Positions 1 through 12,313 are shown, numbered from the whole stretch's first letter. The stretch: DNA of 61,931 bases, filler included, from Hausera hauseri (GCA_046269625.1; 10 parts of 10 records of this genome joined end to end with filler, not necessarily neighbours in it), one strand, 5' to 3'. The notes: generated by a model from the letters alone, not told the origin. Numbers and translations are program-made.

Positions 1-207
1 CTACAATAACTTCATGTATTTAACATAGTAAAATAACTTTAAAGCAAAACATCGTCAGTTTTAGCACACAATTAAGTGTTGTGATTGGGTTCCTGAGGCA
101 TGGGAAAGGTCTATAAAAAGCATGAAATTTGATTTGGCATGGCAGTATAAACCCTGTAATGGAAACAAACTAGCTTGCAACAACAACGTTTTCTTAGTCA
201 CATAACA

Positions 208-516
208 TCTTTGATTCACAGTCATCGAGCGTCAGCCCTTGTTGACATAAAACGTTTTGTCTTTGATTCACAGTCACCGGGCATCGGCGCTTGTTGACAT
301 AAAATGTTTTGTCTTTGATTCACAGTCATCGAGCGTCGGCCCTTGTTGACATAAAACGTTTTGTCTTTGATTCACAATCCTCGAGCGTCAGCCCTTGTTG
401 TCATAAAACGTTCTGTCTTTGATTCACAGTCATCGAGTGTCAGCCCTTGTTCACATAAAACGTTTTGTCTTTGATTCACAGTCATCGAGCGTCAGCCCTT
501 GTTGAAATAAAACGTT
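208..516. repeat. Tandem repeat, 52-bp unit x ~6, with internal palindrome (GACATAAAACGTTTTGTC)
   Basis: TTGATTCACA recurs at 211, 263, 315, 367, 419 and 471 (period 52). Units are near-identical with no unique spacers. Confidence 0.95.
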
Positions 517-1204
517 AAGGACAGTCACAAAGTAACGTCAGCTATAGAATAATATTAAAATAAAAGCTGATATTTCATGCAATTCATATTTATCAAAGTT
601 TAATATATAATCAATCGGCAATAATCTCTAGTTATCATCAAACATTAAACATGAATAGGGAATGCGAGATAGATATAGAGAGATAAACATACACAGACAA
701 AGAGTCGACCAGGCCAGGCGAGTAGCGGTGAGGCGAGTCGCTCTCTGACAGAGTCACGATCACTACATTTTCACTGCCTGATTCAACATTTGCTCGAAAC
801 ATTCATAAACACATTCTGACTTGCAAAAACCAATTAAATTTCAAAATAACCGAGAAAACGAATGATGTTGTCGTTTCAGTTTGCATGCGGTTCGAGACCT
901 GTTTTAGATAAAAATTTTATTGTGTAATTCTGTCGTTTCAGGTATGGGTTTGATATACTTACTGGCATTCTACAGGCACTCGTCGATACGAAACATTTGG
1001 AAACCGGAAAAGTTGTATTGCGAGTCTTGTAAACTGTACGGTGTTGAGTTCAAAGACGACGCGGTGTGACAAACACCAATAAGACTGTTTGTGTTAGATG
1101 ACAATCTAATACTCGACCCCCTGCCGCTGTCATAGCATATGGTGGCACATCCATGTCAGATTGGCAAAGGTAATTTGGTGCGATTTGAATTAAGTTTAGA
1201 TTCG

Positions 1205-1990
1205 AATAGTAGGGGAAAAATGACGGTTCTCTCTCACCCACTTCGAGGGTAATCGATAAAATCAATTTTGCACATGTGCAAATCGATAGTGTACATGGAG
1301 CACTATCAATCGGTAATGTTCTATGCGACGATGCCATTAGGTTCCGTTGCTAGGCACGTTTTTGCACATTTTACAAATCGATCACTGCACATTGCTTAAT
1401 TGATGGAATCGATCGGGGAAAAGTGCTAATAGATAGTGCACATTAGTGCATATCGATCGGTGCATAGTGTAGGTGCACAGCACATGTGCAAGTGTGCAAA
1501 ATCAAAAATATCGGTTTTCCGATATTTCCAATATTAATGATTAGAACATGCTACTTCGTTCAGTCAATTGGAAATACAATGCACTATGTGAATGTGCAAT
1601 TAGAATTTAAATCGACCGAGTCGATCTCGAATAATATAGATCAAAATTGCAACTAATGCAGACTTTCCATAGTTTTTTTAGGTCCAAAGGAGTCAAAGTT
1701 CGACAAATGTTTTGGCGGGAACAGATAGGAAGTACCACATTGTAACCCGGGTCGTCCATCTCAGGTTTTAGAAATTCGGTGCACAATTCGAATAAATATC
1801 GATTTTCATCGAATAGTATCGATTGTGTTGACACACATAATTTTTTGAGGAATCTGAGAGCGCCAGTCGATTCCCCATGTCTTAATGCATTTATATATTA
1901 CTTTGAAGATGTGTCACACATGTGCAAGTGTGCTTTAATAAATAATAACGGTTTTCCGATAAAACCTATAAAGTTGATTTTAGAACACAA
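1205..1990 (+). mobile_element. Probable Polinton/Maverick terminal inverted repeat and subterminal region (left end of contig-1 element)
   Basis: Begins AATAGTAGGGGAAAAATGACGG and aligns for >400 bp with the reverse complement of 6760-7173, which begins AGTAGTAGGGGGAAAATGGCGG. AG/AGT-repeat termini are typical of Polintons, and a pPolB follows downstream. Confidence 0.7.
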
Positions 1991-2581
1991 GTAAGTGGAA
2001 ATAAAAAAATATAAAAGCGTATACACATAGAAACTAATATTTGTTATATCCGATTATAACATCAGTTATTCGAAAACTCGAATACAAGTCGAACTTTTCT
2101 AACAATTGATATTCTATTCGAGTAGAAGAAAAAATCGAAAAATCTAAAAGCGTAGAGAGATAGAAATACATATATGTAGAATCCGAATATGACATTAGAT
2201 ATTCCAAAAGAGGCTTAAATAAAAATGCCGATTTTTCAATCGAATTAGAATATTCAAATACTACCATCGGATTACACATGTCTGAAAAGCTTTGACGACC
2301 AAAAATAGGGTGTGAAAAGTGTTTTGAACAGTCTCTAAATGAATAAAGCATTGTGAAAATATCGATAATATTCGGTCAAGCATGCATTATTGGAACAATC
2401 TTATCACTCCATTCAATTGCCCATGTATGAAAGCTTATAAGCAAATTGGCACCGATATGCAATTAATTTATTTCATGCATTAAAACGAAGTGTTCTAGAA
2501 TCTTCGAAAATTTAAAAAATCCATAAATGAGGCAGTATGTGTTGATATGGCTATNNNNNNNNNNATCTATGCAAACAGTGC

Positions 2582-2970
2582 TTGGCTAAAATCCACGAGC
2601 CTGAAAATTGCCACAATATTATGCAGAAATACTTTAGCCATCTGTACAACAGGAATGATTATTGTATATACCCTACATGTGAGGTAGTGTGCCAGACCAA
2701 ATATGAAGACTTTTACAACGCCGATAAACAACACCTGATTTCATTCACCAAGTTGAAAAAACAAATATTCAATACCACTATGCCAATAATGACTTCCGTG
2801 TCTAAACAAAATCAAAGACGCAGTTCATACATGTATTGTTCATGCGCAATACACAATCCTCAGAACTGTCATAATACTATGAGCAGCTATTATGGATACA
2901 AATATGCTTAAGATGTGAGGCTGTATGCGATGGAGAATACATGCACTTTTTCGAAGATCATATTGCCCAT
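2582..2970 (+). pseudogene. Cys/His-rich ORF remnant with an internally duplicated motif, upstream of pPolB
   Basis: HEPENCHNIMQKYF...CEVVC recurs as HNPQNCHNTMSSYY...CEAVC. Function unknown. Confidence 0.3.
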
Positions 2971-3083
2971 TTGACAGACTTCAAGTCAAAGTCAAAGAAG
3001 GTCATCTTTAATGAGCAGCAGCCTGCTTTGCCAGCACAAACTGTTTTGTCAGCACATCCAGTTGTACAGCCTGCTTCGACAGC

Positions 3084-5785
3084 ATGAATAAAGCGCATAG
3101 CAACAGCAGCAGAAGCCAAAGACAGCGGCCAGTTGATGCTGCAGCATTAATGAGAAAATGCCGCAGATATGTTATTGAGGCAATTGATCAAACAACCCTT
3201 CAAGAATTCCTCCTATACACAAAGGACGAGACAAAGGAAAATCTTCAGGGCAACATGGCTGAGCTCAAGGCACTTAAGGTTAATATAAAACTGGAGGTCA
3301 CGTACGTCAGTGTTGATGGAGAAGAATCCAATAGGGCCTTCAAGACCAAAAATAGACCCATATTGGAAAACACCAATATAGCAGAATTGATACAAAAGGC
3401 GCACAAGAAGCTGATCCGTAAAGCTGGGGACAGCCAGGATAAGAAAAGCAGACGGACTCTGGCAACCATCAAAGATTGGTTGTATATGTTTACAAGTACT
3501 CTGCAATTCTGTGAGGTGCATATATTCAAATCCCTGATTTGATCGCTAATAAAAAAGCATGTGTCAATATCCATAATAACGACAATATATTTTTCATGTA
3601 TGCCACTCTATCAAAACTCGTAACGGATCAAAATCATGCTTTACAAGTTTGCCTATATAAGGATGTGCATCACAACTATGACTTTCAATGTATCAAGTTC
3701 CCTCCATCCATAGATGAAGTCAAAAAATTCGGGCAAATCAACAACATGTCCATTAATATCTTGGGATTGGATGAGGAGGACAAATTCTATCCTCTGCAGA
3801 TATTCGATGCTGAATTTGAAGATCATAGGGATCTGCTCCTATTAGACGATGGAGAAAAGAAACACTACGTTTGGATCAAAGACTTTGAGAGGTTAGTCAA
3901 ATCACAAATTACGAAACATCATGGACAAATAGAAATATGTAAACCATGCCTGTCCCATTTCAACGGCGATGTAGCTGCATTAAAGCTGAAAGAGCACAAG
4001 ATGTACTGCGACAATAATTATTGCATCAGGCAAGAATTTCCCAAGGAGGACTACATTGAATTCAAGGAATTCGAGAAGATCAAGTTCCCTATAGTTATCT
4101 ATTGCGACTTTGAGGCTATTCTGCGTCCAGTACAGAGTTTCGGCCCCAATCCCCAACATAGCAGCACAACGGCATACCTTATCATGAGCTCTCATCATAT
4201 TGCATGTACGCCAAAGGATTGGACAGTGAACCATATCTATTCAGAGATCCAGGCGCAGAAGCTTATATTATGAAACGACTTGAAGACGTGACTCATAGGA
4301 TTGGAGATATGTAGCAGCAGCATAAGGATACAGTAAGCATGTCGAATCAGGAAGAAGAATGGCACAAGGCAACAGCATGTTACTTGTGCTCCAAATCATT
4401 CACTAAGGAGAATCATAAAGTCAGGGGTTATTGCCATTTTACAGACAAATATCGGGGCGCGACATGCAACAACTGCAGTCTACGTAGCAAAGCATGTGCA
4501 TATATGCCTTTAGTGTTCCATAATCTCAGTGGCTATGATTCCTATTTCATTGTTCGGGAACTGGGCAGCATTGAAGGAAACATTGATGTGATCACCAAGA
4601 GTAAGGAAATATACATCACCTTTAAGAAGCATGTTGGGAAAATCAGGCTTTGCTTCATAGACAGTTTCCGTCCTGAAAACATCCCTATACTGGACCTAGA
4701 TCCCACTGAAATACGGACTACATATTGGAGGTGGATATGGTATATCCTGCTTCTATCCACACAAGTCATCAACATCTGCATTTCCTCCTTGAGAGCAAAC
4801 CTCCACCCCATGGAAAACATAGAAAGCTGCTTTTCCATCTGAATAGTAGGGAGAGGTATGTAGTCCACTATATAAATCTCCAGAAGGCAGTCAGGAATCG
4901 ACTCTGCATTACTAAGATCCCTCGGGCCCTGCAGTTCAGCCAATCCAACTGGCTGCAGCCATATATAGATGTCAATACGAATCTGCGGACAAATGCCAAG
5001 AACCACTTTGAGAAGGACCAATTTAAGCTTTATAACAACAGCGTTTTTGGCAAGACCATGGAGAATATTCGCAACAAGATCAACATCCAGTTGGTATCTG
5101 AGTGAAAGCGGGCAAAGAAGCTCATTGCCAACTTTCACAGAAGCATCATATATGCGGAGAACTTGATCACCATCCATATGCTGAAAACATCCTTGCAATT
5201 CAACAAGCCCATATATGTGGTTATGGCAATACTGCACCTGTCAAAGATACTAATGTACAAATTCCACTATGACATTATGGTCCCCGCATTCAAGCCCATA
5301 CAGCTGATGTATATGGATACTGATAGTTTATCTATAAGATCCATATTGAGGAAATTTATGAGGACTTTGTTAAGTTGGCACAGCATATGGATACCTCGGT
5401 CTATCCGAAGGAACATCCCAATTATTCAACTGCCAATAACAAAGTTCTAGAGAAATTCAAAGACAAGGTGAATGGGGCAATCGTCTCTAAATTTGTAGCT
5501 CTCAGATCTAAAATATATGCTCTAGACGTATGTGAGCAGATCAATTATAGAGCTAAGGGCGTTCAAAGGGCTACATTGGCTAATAAGATCTGTTTTGATG
5601 ACTATGTGAGAGTTCTGCATGAGCAGACTCATATCATATCAGAGATGCGAAGGATCCCGTCTAGGACTCATAACATTAAGACAGTAACACTACAGAAGAA
5701 AAGTCTAGATTGGATGGACGACAAAAGGCAGGTGCTGGGTGATGGAATAAGCACACTACCTTACGGGCATGTTACATTAATGTAA
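3084..5785 (+). pseudogene. Polinton-type protein-primed family B DNA polymerase, frameshifted and internally deleted
   Basis: NKKACVNIHNND, HYVWIKDFERLV, ExoI IYCDFEA, endonuclease-VII-like CYLC..HFTDKYRGATCNNC, ExoII FHNLSGYDS, KLYNNSVFGKTMEN, YMDTDS, AKGV, DDKR..TLPYGH, spread over several frames. Pol motif A (YxDxNxLY) is missing after FIDSFR. Confidence 0.92.
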
Positions 5786-5910
5786 ATATCTTTATGACGT
5801 GTTGTATTTTTGGTGTTAATAAATCTTATACAAAATATCGTGTTGTCTACTTCATCAAGTAATGTGGGATATAAGATAAGGCCAAATAATTTCATAACAC
5901 ATTTATTTCG

Positions 5911-6010
5911 NNNNNNNNNNNNNNNNNNNNNNNNNNNNNNNNNNNNNNNNNNNNTTAATTAATTAANNNNNNNNNNNNNNNNNNNNNNNNNNNNNNNNNN
6001 NNNNNNNNNN
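5911..6010. other. Artificial contig linker (N-run + TTAATTAATTAA + N-run); also at 12314-12413, 24433-24532, 29981-30080, 34597-34696, 39778-39877, 45434-45533, 50988-51087, 56781-56880
   Basis: Identical 100-nt spacer with stops in all six frames, present nine times. Confidence 0.99.
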
Positions 6011-7173
6011 AATGCACATTTTGCTTAATTCGAAATATTGATTTTATGCCTATATAGTACATTTTCATGGAATAATTTTTATGCACATAGGGGTTTTCGA
6101 ATACAAAGAATCGATTTCCATCGTTGGATTTTTCGAATAGTTCGAAATTCGATATTCGAGCTCGAAAATCTTCGAATTTCAAAATTTCGATTCACGATTC
6201 GAGCTCGCCATGGTAGATTTCTATCTGTCCCCGCTCAATGTTGAATAGAATTTTGCTTCCTACGGCATAAAAAACATATTGAAATTATAGCCAATTTGCA
6301 CTTTCGATCGATATTAATCGATAACTAATTGATAAATTTAAATTCTAACGGCACATTCATATACTACACCGTGTTTGTGTTCGAATGCACCCGGTGCCGA
6401 GTGATAATCATCTATATTGGAAATATCGGAAATTCGATATTATTCATTTTTGCACACTTGCACACATACTTTTGCACTGCACTCCATACATCAAAGTGCA
6501 TCTCGATGTTCTCTATTTACCTGCACTTGACCCAGATTAATTCTGTCAATCCTACGCTGCCCAGTGACCAAAATGTGAAAAGTGAAAAAGTGCTCCTGCA
6601 CACCGATCAAGAAACATACTAATCTCGATTAATGCACTATTCGATATTACATCAAGTACTGCACACGCCAGTATATGTGCCATATTCATAGCATTAATTT
6701 AAAATTTATAGCGGAAAGGACTGTGGCGGTTCGGCCCCACTTGCGAATTATTCGAAAACCAATCAATAGATTTAAATTCTAACTGCACATTCACAGAGCC
6801 CGTCATGTGTGCTACCGATCGCACCCGGTCCCGAGTGCTAATTATCGATTTTAGATTTATCGGAAATCCAATATTATTGATTTTTGCACGCTTGCACATG
6901 TGCTGCACAACTGGAAAATGCACCAATCGATGTGCACTGACGTGCTCTATCGATTAGCAATTTGTTCCGATCGATTTGATGAATAGTGCACTGTGCAGCG
7001 ATCGATTTGTTAAAAGTGCAAAAATGTGCATAGCAACGGAGCCTAGCGGCACCGTTGCTAGGCACTTTTTGGATCGATAGTACACAGTGTGCACTATCGA
7101 TTGGCACATATGCAATATTGATTCGGTACACCCCTGGAGGGTGGGACCAAACCGCCATTTTCCCCCTACTACT
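6011..7173 (-). mobile_element. Terminal/subterminal region of a Polinton-like element inserted into the adenain gene of another Polinton
   Basis: Ends CCCCCTACTACT at 7173, homologous to 1205-1990. Contains a ~170-bp direct repeat at ~6333-6500 and ~6768-6940. The adenain reading frame is cut exactly at this point. Confidence 0.7.
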
Positions 7174-7410
7174 AACAATGACGGATAGTAAAATCCGAGA
7201 GGATCGAATATCCTGACGACGTTGGTCGGATGGTGGACGTACACAGCAATCTAATGTTCGCCCGGCAACGATGAAATGTGTGTATTGACAATGAAGTCGC
7301 CGACGCCAATTTGTCGTAAATCACGCGGCACACAGTTCAGTGGAAAAACGCCACGAAATTTCGCGCCCAAGAGCAGTTTTCCGTATTTACTGAGCTCGGT
7401 TGAGCTAAAT
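7174..7410 (-). pseudogene. Adenain-like (adenovirus-type) cysteine protease, N-terminal half, truncated by insertion
   Basis: Manual translation gives ELSKYGKLLLGAKFRGVFPLNCVPR...FIVNTHISSLPGEH*IAVYV...IFDPLGFYYP, matching the Polinton protease motifs FxGVF, IxNT, GxHW and FDSxG. Confidence 0.85.
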
Positions 7411-7488
7411 GTGAATTAAGTACAATAGTAATAGTAATAAATTACTTCATAGAACGACGAAGACGAAGTGAGACACAGCGGATTTTGT

Positions 7489-8728
7489 TTATACAATGAC
7501 GGTTCCGCTTTTTGTTATTTCAACTTCGGCATCAAATACACCTTAAATGTACATAACGGTATATTGCTTTAACGCTTTAGCAAAGTGAACCTCCAGTCGT
7601 AGGTTTCCCTGCTGGAGTAGTTGAGCATGCTCGACGTCATAGTCTGGAGCCAGGACGAAGGTGAAGAATGGATAGGTGGACTTGAACAAATCCATCGATA
7701 TGTCATTGTTGATGTTTTTGTTCAGCCAACCCATGTTGCGTACAATAGATTGCATATATGTGCAAACATAATCATTAGGCTCAAAATCTTGTTTGTACAT
7801 CTCAACGAAATCCGCATTCCAACCCCAAACTGATGTAATTTACATTGCTATGGGCAAACGTTTCCGAATCGGTTGTATAACTGCCCGTTTGTTGAACAGT
7901 CGTTTGAAATGTAAGGGGCACAAATTTCGGCAATCGCATGTCGCCATACAGTGCATGTTTGTAAAACGTAGTTGAACCTTTCGGTATGGTGTAAAAGACG
8001 AGTATCGGGTAACAGGCATTTTGCGTTTCCAAGCTTAAGCGATGTCCCATGAGCACAGATGGTTTTACCTTTACACGACGTACGTATAATCGTGCCTTGG
8101 TAATTTTCAGCATGAATTTAAGCTGTGCAACGGCAGTTTCCAAACAAAATACATTGTCGCTACGTTTTAGCCGAATCATGGCTTTAACATTGAGAAGTAG
8201 GTATTTCGGCTGATCGAAAAAATCAAAGTACAGCGGTTCACACATGGTAAGTTCTTTTGATTCTGCCACCCAGGCATGACGCTTTGCCGCTGTGGCATCG
8301 TATCCCATGGTTTTTGTGAAATGAGTCGTTATCGTGACTGTGCTGTAATTTAGATACATTTCAATTAGTGCTTTGATACTGTATAGACTGTTGTTGGCTT
8401 TGATTTTGACGCTGTTCAGAGTCAGTGAAGCCTCCTGGAACAGTGTGAGGAAAAGGTAATTGGCTGGTGTGACAGTGTTTGTTGCAGCGAGAACCGTTGA
8501 CGAATCCTTTTTAACAATGACTTTTACATAGATTAACGTATCGTTCAAATCCAGGTATTCATTGTACGAAGCCATAATGTTAAATTGAATGTCACTGTTA
8601 TCGTCCGTTGAAACCGAATCAACGGGGTAGATTTCTTCAAATGCCGCATTGTCAATAACAAGTTGTGGCGTCGCTTTGTCGAATATACACAATTCAGATT
8701 TTGCAGATACCATTTGTCTATTAATCAA
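7489..8728 (-). pseudogene. Major capsid protein (double jelly-roll, Polinton PY/hexon-like), frameshifted
   Basis: KSELCIFD..PQLVI..EEIYPV..IQFNI...YLDLNDTLIYVK; ARLYVRRVKV; LPKFV; C-terminal GNLRLEVHFAKAL..FDAEVEI (ORFs 7802-8728 and 7543-7800, read through to ~7489). Confidence 0.9.
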
Positions 8729-8770
8729 TCAATCGAAAATCGTACGACGACGACGTTTGTTTATAGTTGA

Positions 8771-9088
8771 TTAGATCGATGATGCTCTATGGCGTTTTCT
8801 CAAGCCACTGCCAGCGAATTGTTTTTTGACTGATTCAACGATCCGCGGTGCAGCGCTTTTTATTTCTGACAGAGTGTGTTCCTTCGGTGATGATAAAATT
8901 GATTTGTTTTCATATAGTACGTCCTCTGCTGTTTTTGCTGCCATATCTATAATACGCTTCAACACCGGAAATGCAAAACGTGTCAATGTACGCAACCGTC
9001 CAGAACCGTACTTTTTACCAACGAAATACGGCAGTTCACCGCCCTGATGGGGTTTACTGTAAATGGAAACGATTTCGGAATCAGTCAT
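8771..9088 (-). CDS. Small Polinton virion core protein with adenain-type GG/GxG cleavage motifs and an amphipathic helix
   Basis: HQGGELPYFVGKKYGSG followed by RTLTRFAFPVLKR; basic C-terminus GSGLRKRHR; lies just upstream of the MCP. Confidence 0.7.
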   Translation of the reverse strand: MTDSEIVSIYSKPHQGGELPYFVGKKYGSGRLRTLTRFAFPVLKRIIDMAAKTAEDVLYENKSILSSPKEHTLSEIKSAAPRIVESVKKQFAGSGLRKRHRASSI

Positions 9089-9101
9089 GTTGTTGTTGGA
9101 T

Positions 9102-9810
9102 TCAACAGAAATGAATAGTTAGACTGGTTGTGGTACCGTACGAAAATTCAACAAGGTAGCCCGCATCACATCGGATATTCACTTCAACATTTTTTATAGA
9201 TTTAGAAGCCACAGGTATGTACATTGGATTAACGAGCTTGATAGTAACATTGTCGCCGGCAGTATAGTTGCTGCTTTCCGTATAAATTGTACGGAGTAGC
9301 AGTATACGTACTTCACCGACCAAAATCGGTTCGGTGACGTTCACGTAAATATACATTTGACTTAGTCCCGTTTTCAGTTTGGGTTTAAGTGTTGCAACAT
9401 GTGCCGCCACCACCGCAGTCTTCGATGCTTCAAACCGCTGTTTTTCAAAACCCAATACCATGGCCAAAACTTTGTCCAATTAAATGTCAACAATATCCTT
9501 AGCCAGTTCAATTTTAATGTACCAATTTGCATCTGACTAGAAAACCTTAAATATCGCATTGTACTTTTGATTTGAAGAAGAAGAAAAGGGTTGACAGAGG
9601 ACAAGAATGTGTTTTGGTTTCAGTAACAGTCTTATTGTACGTTATATTCATACTACCTTTCAATGTCACCGGTGCGTAGAAAAAGTTAAATTTCGTCAAT
9701 GCAACCTCCCATTTTCCAGGTAAATCCAGAGAATTGTTCCAATCTACAACGTATTCACTGGCTGAATTGTTAGGACGAATCATCGGACAACTGTTTCTCG
9801 GCAACACCAT
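9102..9810 (-). pseudogene. Minor capsid protein (penton, PX-like) copy B, frameshifted
   Basis: N-term LPRNS..PNNSASEY..LDLPGKWEVALTKF; C-term MYIYVNVTEPILVG..LLRTI..PMYIPV..VEVNIR..G..LTIHF. Confidence 0.88.
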
Positions 9811-9867
9811 GTAAATACTTATGATCTCAATGATGATAATGATGATAGTAATGACGCACTTTATTTA

Positions 9868-10828
9868 TTATCGACGACGACGTCGGAAATGTAACGTCAA
9901 ATGTGTTGTTGACCCGAACAGAATTTTAATGGGTTCCCAAAATTTATCAAGCATATACACGGCAATACTGTACGCAATATTGTGAGACAATGATAAGTAC
10001 ATGGATCTGAACATAATAACGCGAACAGTTTCACCCGATGATGTTTTGTACGTGTCAGACAACAGTGTATTTGACAACAGTAGATCATCCAACAATGCTT
10101 TGATAGAATTCGCGTTGTGAAAAACCCAGATTCCGAGCCAAAAATTCATCGAAGGCAAAATATGTAACACTTTCATGTAGTATAATTGAAATATGACCAT
10201 CTGCGTTTATTTCACATGTCTTTACGGCTAATGCGGCCGTTTTCGTGACGTATTCACACAATTCCACTTCCGTTTCCATTAGTAAATCGTACGGTATAAT
10301 ACATGAGCAGAAGACTGATTCTGACTTAGTCCACTTTACAATAATATCAAATTCCGCATGGGATAAAAGGTACAATTTTTTACCAATTATAACATGTCCA
10401 CCTAGCCGTAGACGTTTTTTGTGTACATTGACTGATTGAAAACCCCATGCCTGAGAATCAGGTATAGATTTAAACTGCATTTCCATGGGATTTCGATGCA
10501 TTAGTTTCATACAGTAGTTTGAAAAATAAGCATAAACCGAAACATTTTCTCGCGAATAATTGCAAAGAACATATCGGTTATTGTGTCGGAATGTCCGCAA
10601 GCGACTTGAAATAAGGTTTGTTTCTTGTCTGGTAATGTAAATACCACTGTTCTGACGTATTGTCATTGGTGAAAATGTAAATATGAATTCCGTCAAAGCC
10701 ACTTCCTGTGCTCCGTGGCGTAAATCGGCCGGTTGGTTCAAGTGCACGGTAAACTGTTTAGCGGTATTGTCATTTTCGTCATGTTGTGATAAAGATCTGT
10801 TACTATCAAGTACCAAATGAGTGCTCAT
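9868..10828 (-). pseudogene. Minor capsid protein (penton, PX-like) copy A with a long insertion, frameshifted
   Basis: N-term HLVLDSNRS..NTAKQFTVHLNQPADL..EVALTEF; C-term MYLSL..IAVYMLD..GSTTHLTLHFRR. Confidence 0.75.
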
Positions 10829-11925
10829 TACTCAATCTGCGATGCAAAAATCCAACTCGATGTAGTTTATCCGTGCCACTTAACGATATATTGTTTATTC
10901 GAATCTTTGTCACGTGAACGTAGAAATTCCTGAATACGATACACAACAGGTTTTTTCCATAGTACTTGCAGTTCCTGTTCGTAAAATTGGCCACGTATAT
11001 CGTCACCATTTTCATCCTCTAAAACGTACATAACCGGACTTTGTTTTGTGTTGATTGCTGAAATTCGGAAAACCTCATCTCTCCAGTTCTGATTGAAATT
11101 CTTAATGAATGGTGCCATACTCAGTTTGAAATACGTACGTAATCACCGATTTTATATTTTTGGCGAAGTTTAATTGCCTGTCGTCCTCGTTGAGTTCGGC
11201 TATTTTGATAAAGCCACATGTCCAAGTCATCGATTACGTCAACCGGCCGCAATCCATTGATATCACGATGTGTCGAATGATTGTATGCATGAATAATATC
11301 CGGCAGTACATCTACCCAGCGTTTGTTGCCTTGCTTCTTAAATAATTTGTTTAGGCGAGCGCGCAATATTCGACTAAATCGTTCGAAAAGTGCCGCCTTG
11401 TATTGCGAAAACACCGAGTAGTGGTTTACGCCGAATCATTTCAAGACCTCTGTAACGTGGGCGTTGTAGAATTCCTTACCCAAATACGTTTGTAAATGCT
11501 TCGGCTGCTGCTGCTGCTGCTGTTCTTGTTGCATCAGCAGTGTCTGAACAGCGTCGGCAATCTCTTTACCGTATTTAGATTTCACGGCAATTGCACGTGC
11601 AAAACGACTAAACACATAAACACATATCGGTACGTACCGATACCCATCGTTGATGCTGGTGTATGAAATATTTCCATCAGATCCATTTGCCATACATTAT
11701 TTACACCGGCAGCACGGTATGCGCAAGTTGGAAACCGCTTTTTTATCGGTTTGTTTAGGCTGTTGCTAAATGTTTCCCGAGCCAACGTTGGGTTTGTTTC
11801 CGAGTCTTTTTGACAGTCTTTGCTAATTTGTCGACGCCAGTATAGCCGACGGGATGACGTGGGTCGAACCACCCGTAGCCCATCGTTGCCGCGGGTGTTG
11901 TCGTCGCCCGTTTTGCTGCTTCCAT
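10828..11925 (-). pseudogene. Polinton rve (c-)integrase with C-terminal chromodomain, frameshifted
   Basis: DPRHPVGYTG, WQMDL, YRY..VFSR, LQTxxGKEFYN, ERF, YNHSTH, YKIGDYVRIS, NWRDEVFRI, FYEQELQ, chromodomain YIVKWHG..SW. Confidence 0.93.
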
Positions 11926-12039
11926 TTCAACAATTTGAACGAAACTTAAATGAAAGATTCGGTAAACTAGTACAGAAAGATGAAAACCATGCATCTGTAT
12001 CGCCGAATCACCATATACTTACTGTCATTGTTTATACTA

Positions 12040-12313
12040 TCATGTTGTTGCAGAACCAATGAATCCACCCAGTAATGACGTGACAATAAGTAGAATTGCA
12101 CCAAGGAATCCGCCATCTTTTTGGTACATGACCGCCCGTTTCAATCGTTTACTACGGGCGTTGGCTAGGCCAATGAGTCGTTTTCGATACTTTAGTAAAT
12201 TCCGCTTTCCACTACCAATGCCAACGTGACCCACAACGATATTGTATAAAATTTCCATCAAATCGTCTACTACAAACTGTGAGAATGATCGCAGCATGTT
12301 TCGCTTATGTCTC
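12040..12313 (-). CDS. Small basic Polinton core protein ending in QxGGFL + hydrophobic tail (5'-truncated by contig end)
   Basis: EILYNIVVGHV...KYRKRL...QKDGGFLGAILLIVTSLLGG, a conserved Polinton small-protein pattern. Confidence 0.75.

Larger units (their letters stand above)
7174..12313 (-). mobile_element. Polinton/Maverick (adintovirus-like) structural and integrase module, decayed
   Basis: Co-oriented GGFL core protein, integrase, two minor capsids, small GxG protein, major capsid and adenain. Confidence 0.95.

Noticed and set aside
208-516. CRISPR array
   Set aside because: Whole 52-bp units repeat with no unique spacers, there are no cas genes, and the context is eukaryotic.
4542-5237. 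231-aa minus-strand ORF and similar antisense ORFs throughout
   Set aside because: These are shadow frames opposite pPolB, pol or capsid genes, with no recognisable motifs.
3084-5785. Alternative genetic code or programmed frameshifting explaining the broken ORFs
   Set aside because: Breaks are indels plus all three stop types at copy-specific positions, with degraded catalytic motifs. This fits neutral decay.
5911-6010. Recurrent TTAATTAATTAA as a biological motif, and gene adjacency across it
   Set aside because: It is an artificial six-frame-stop linker, so neighbouring contigs need not be adjacent in the genome.
1205-7173. Single element bounded by inverted repeats at 1205 and 7173
   Set aside because: The two ends are on different contigs separated by a linker and are too diverged to be TIRs of one recent copy. 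The inverted orientation may be an accident of contig order.
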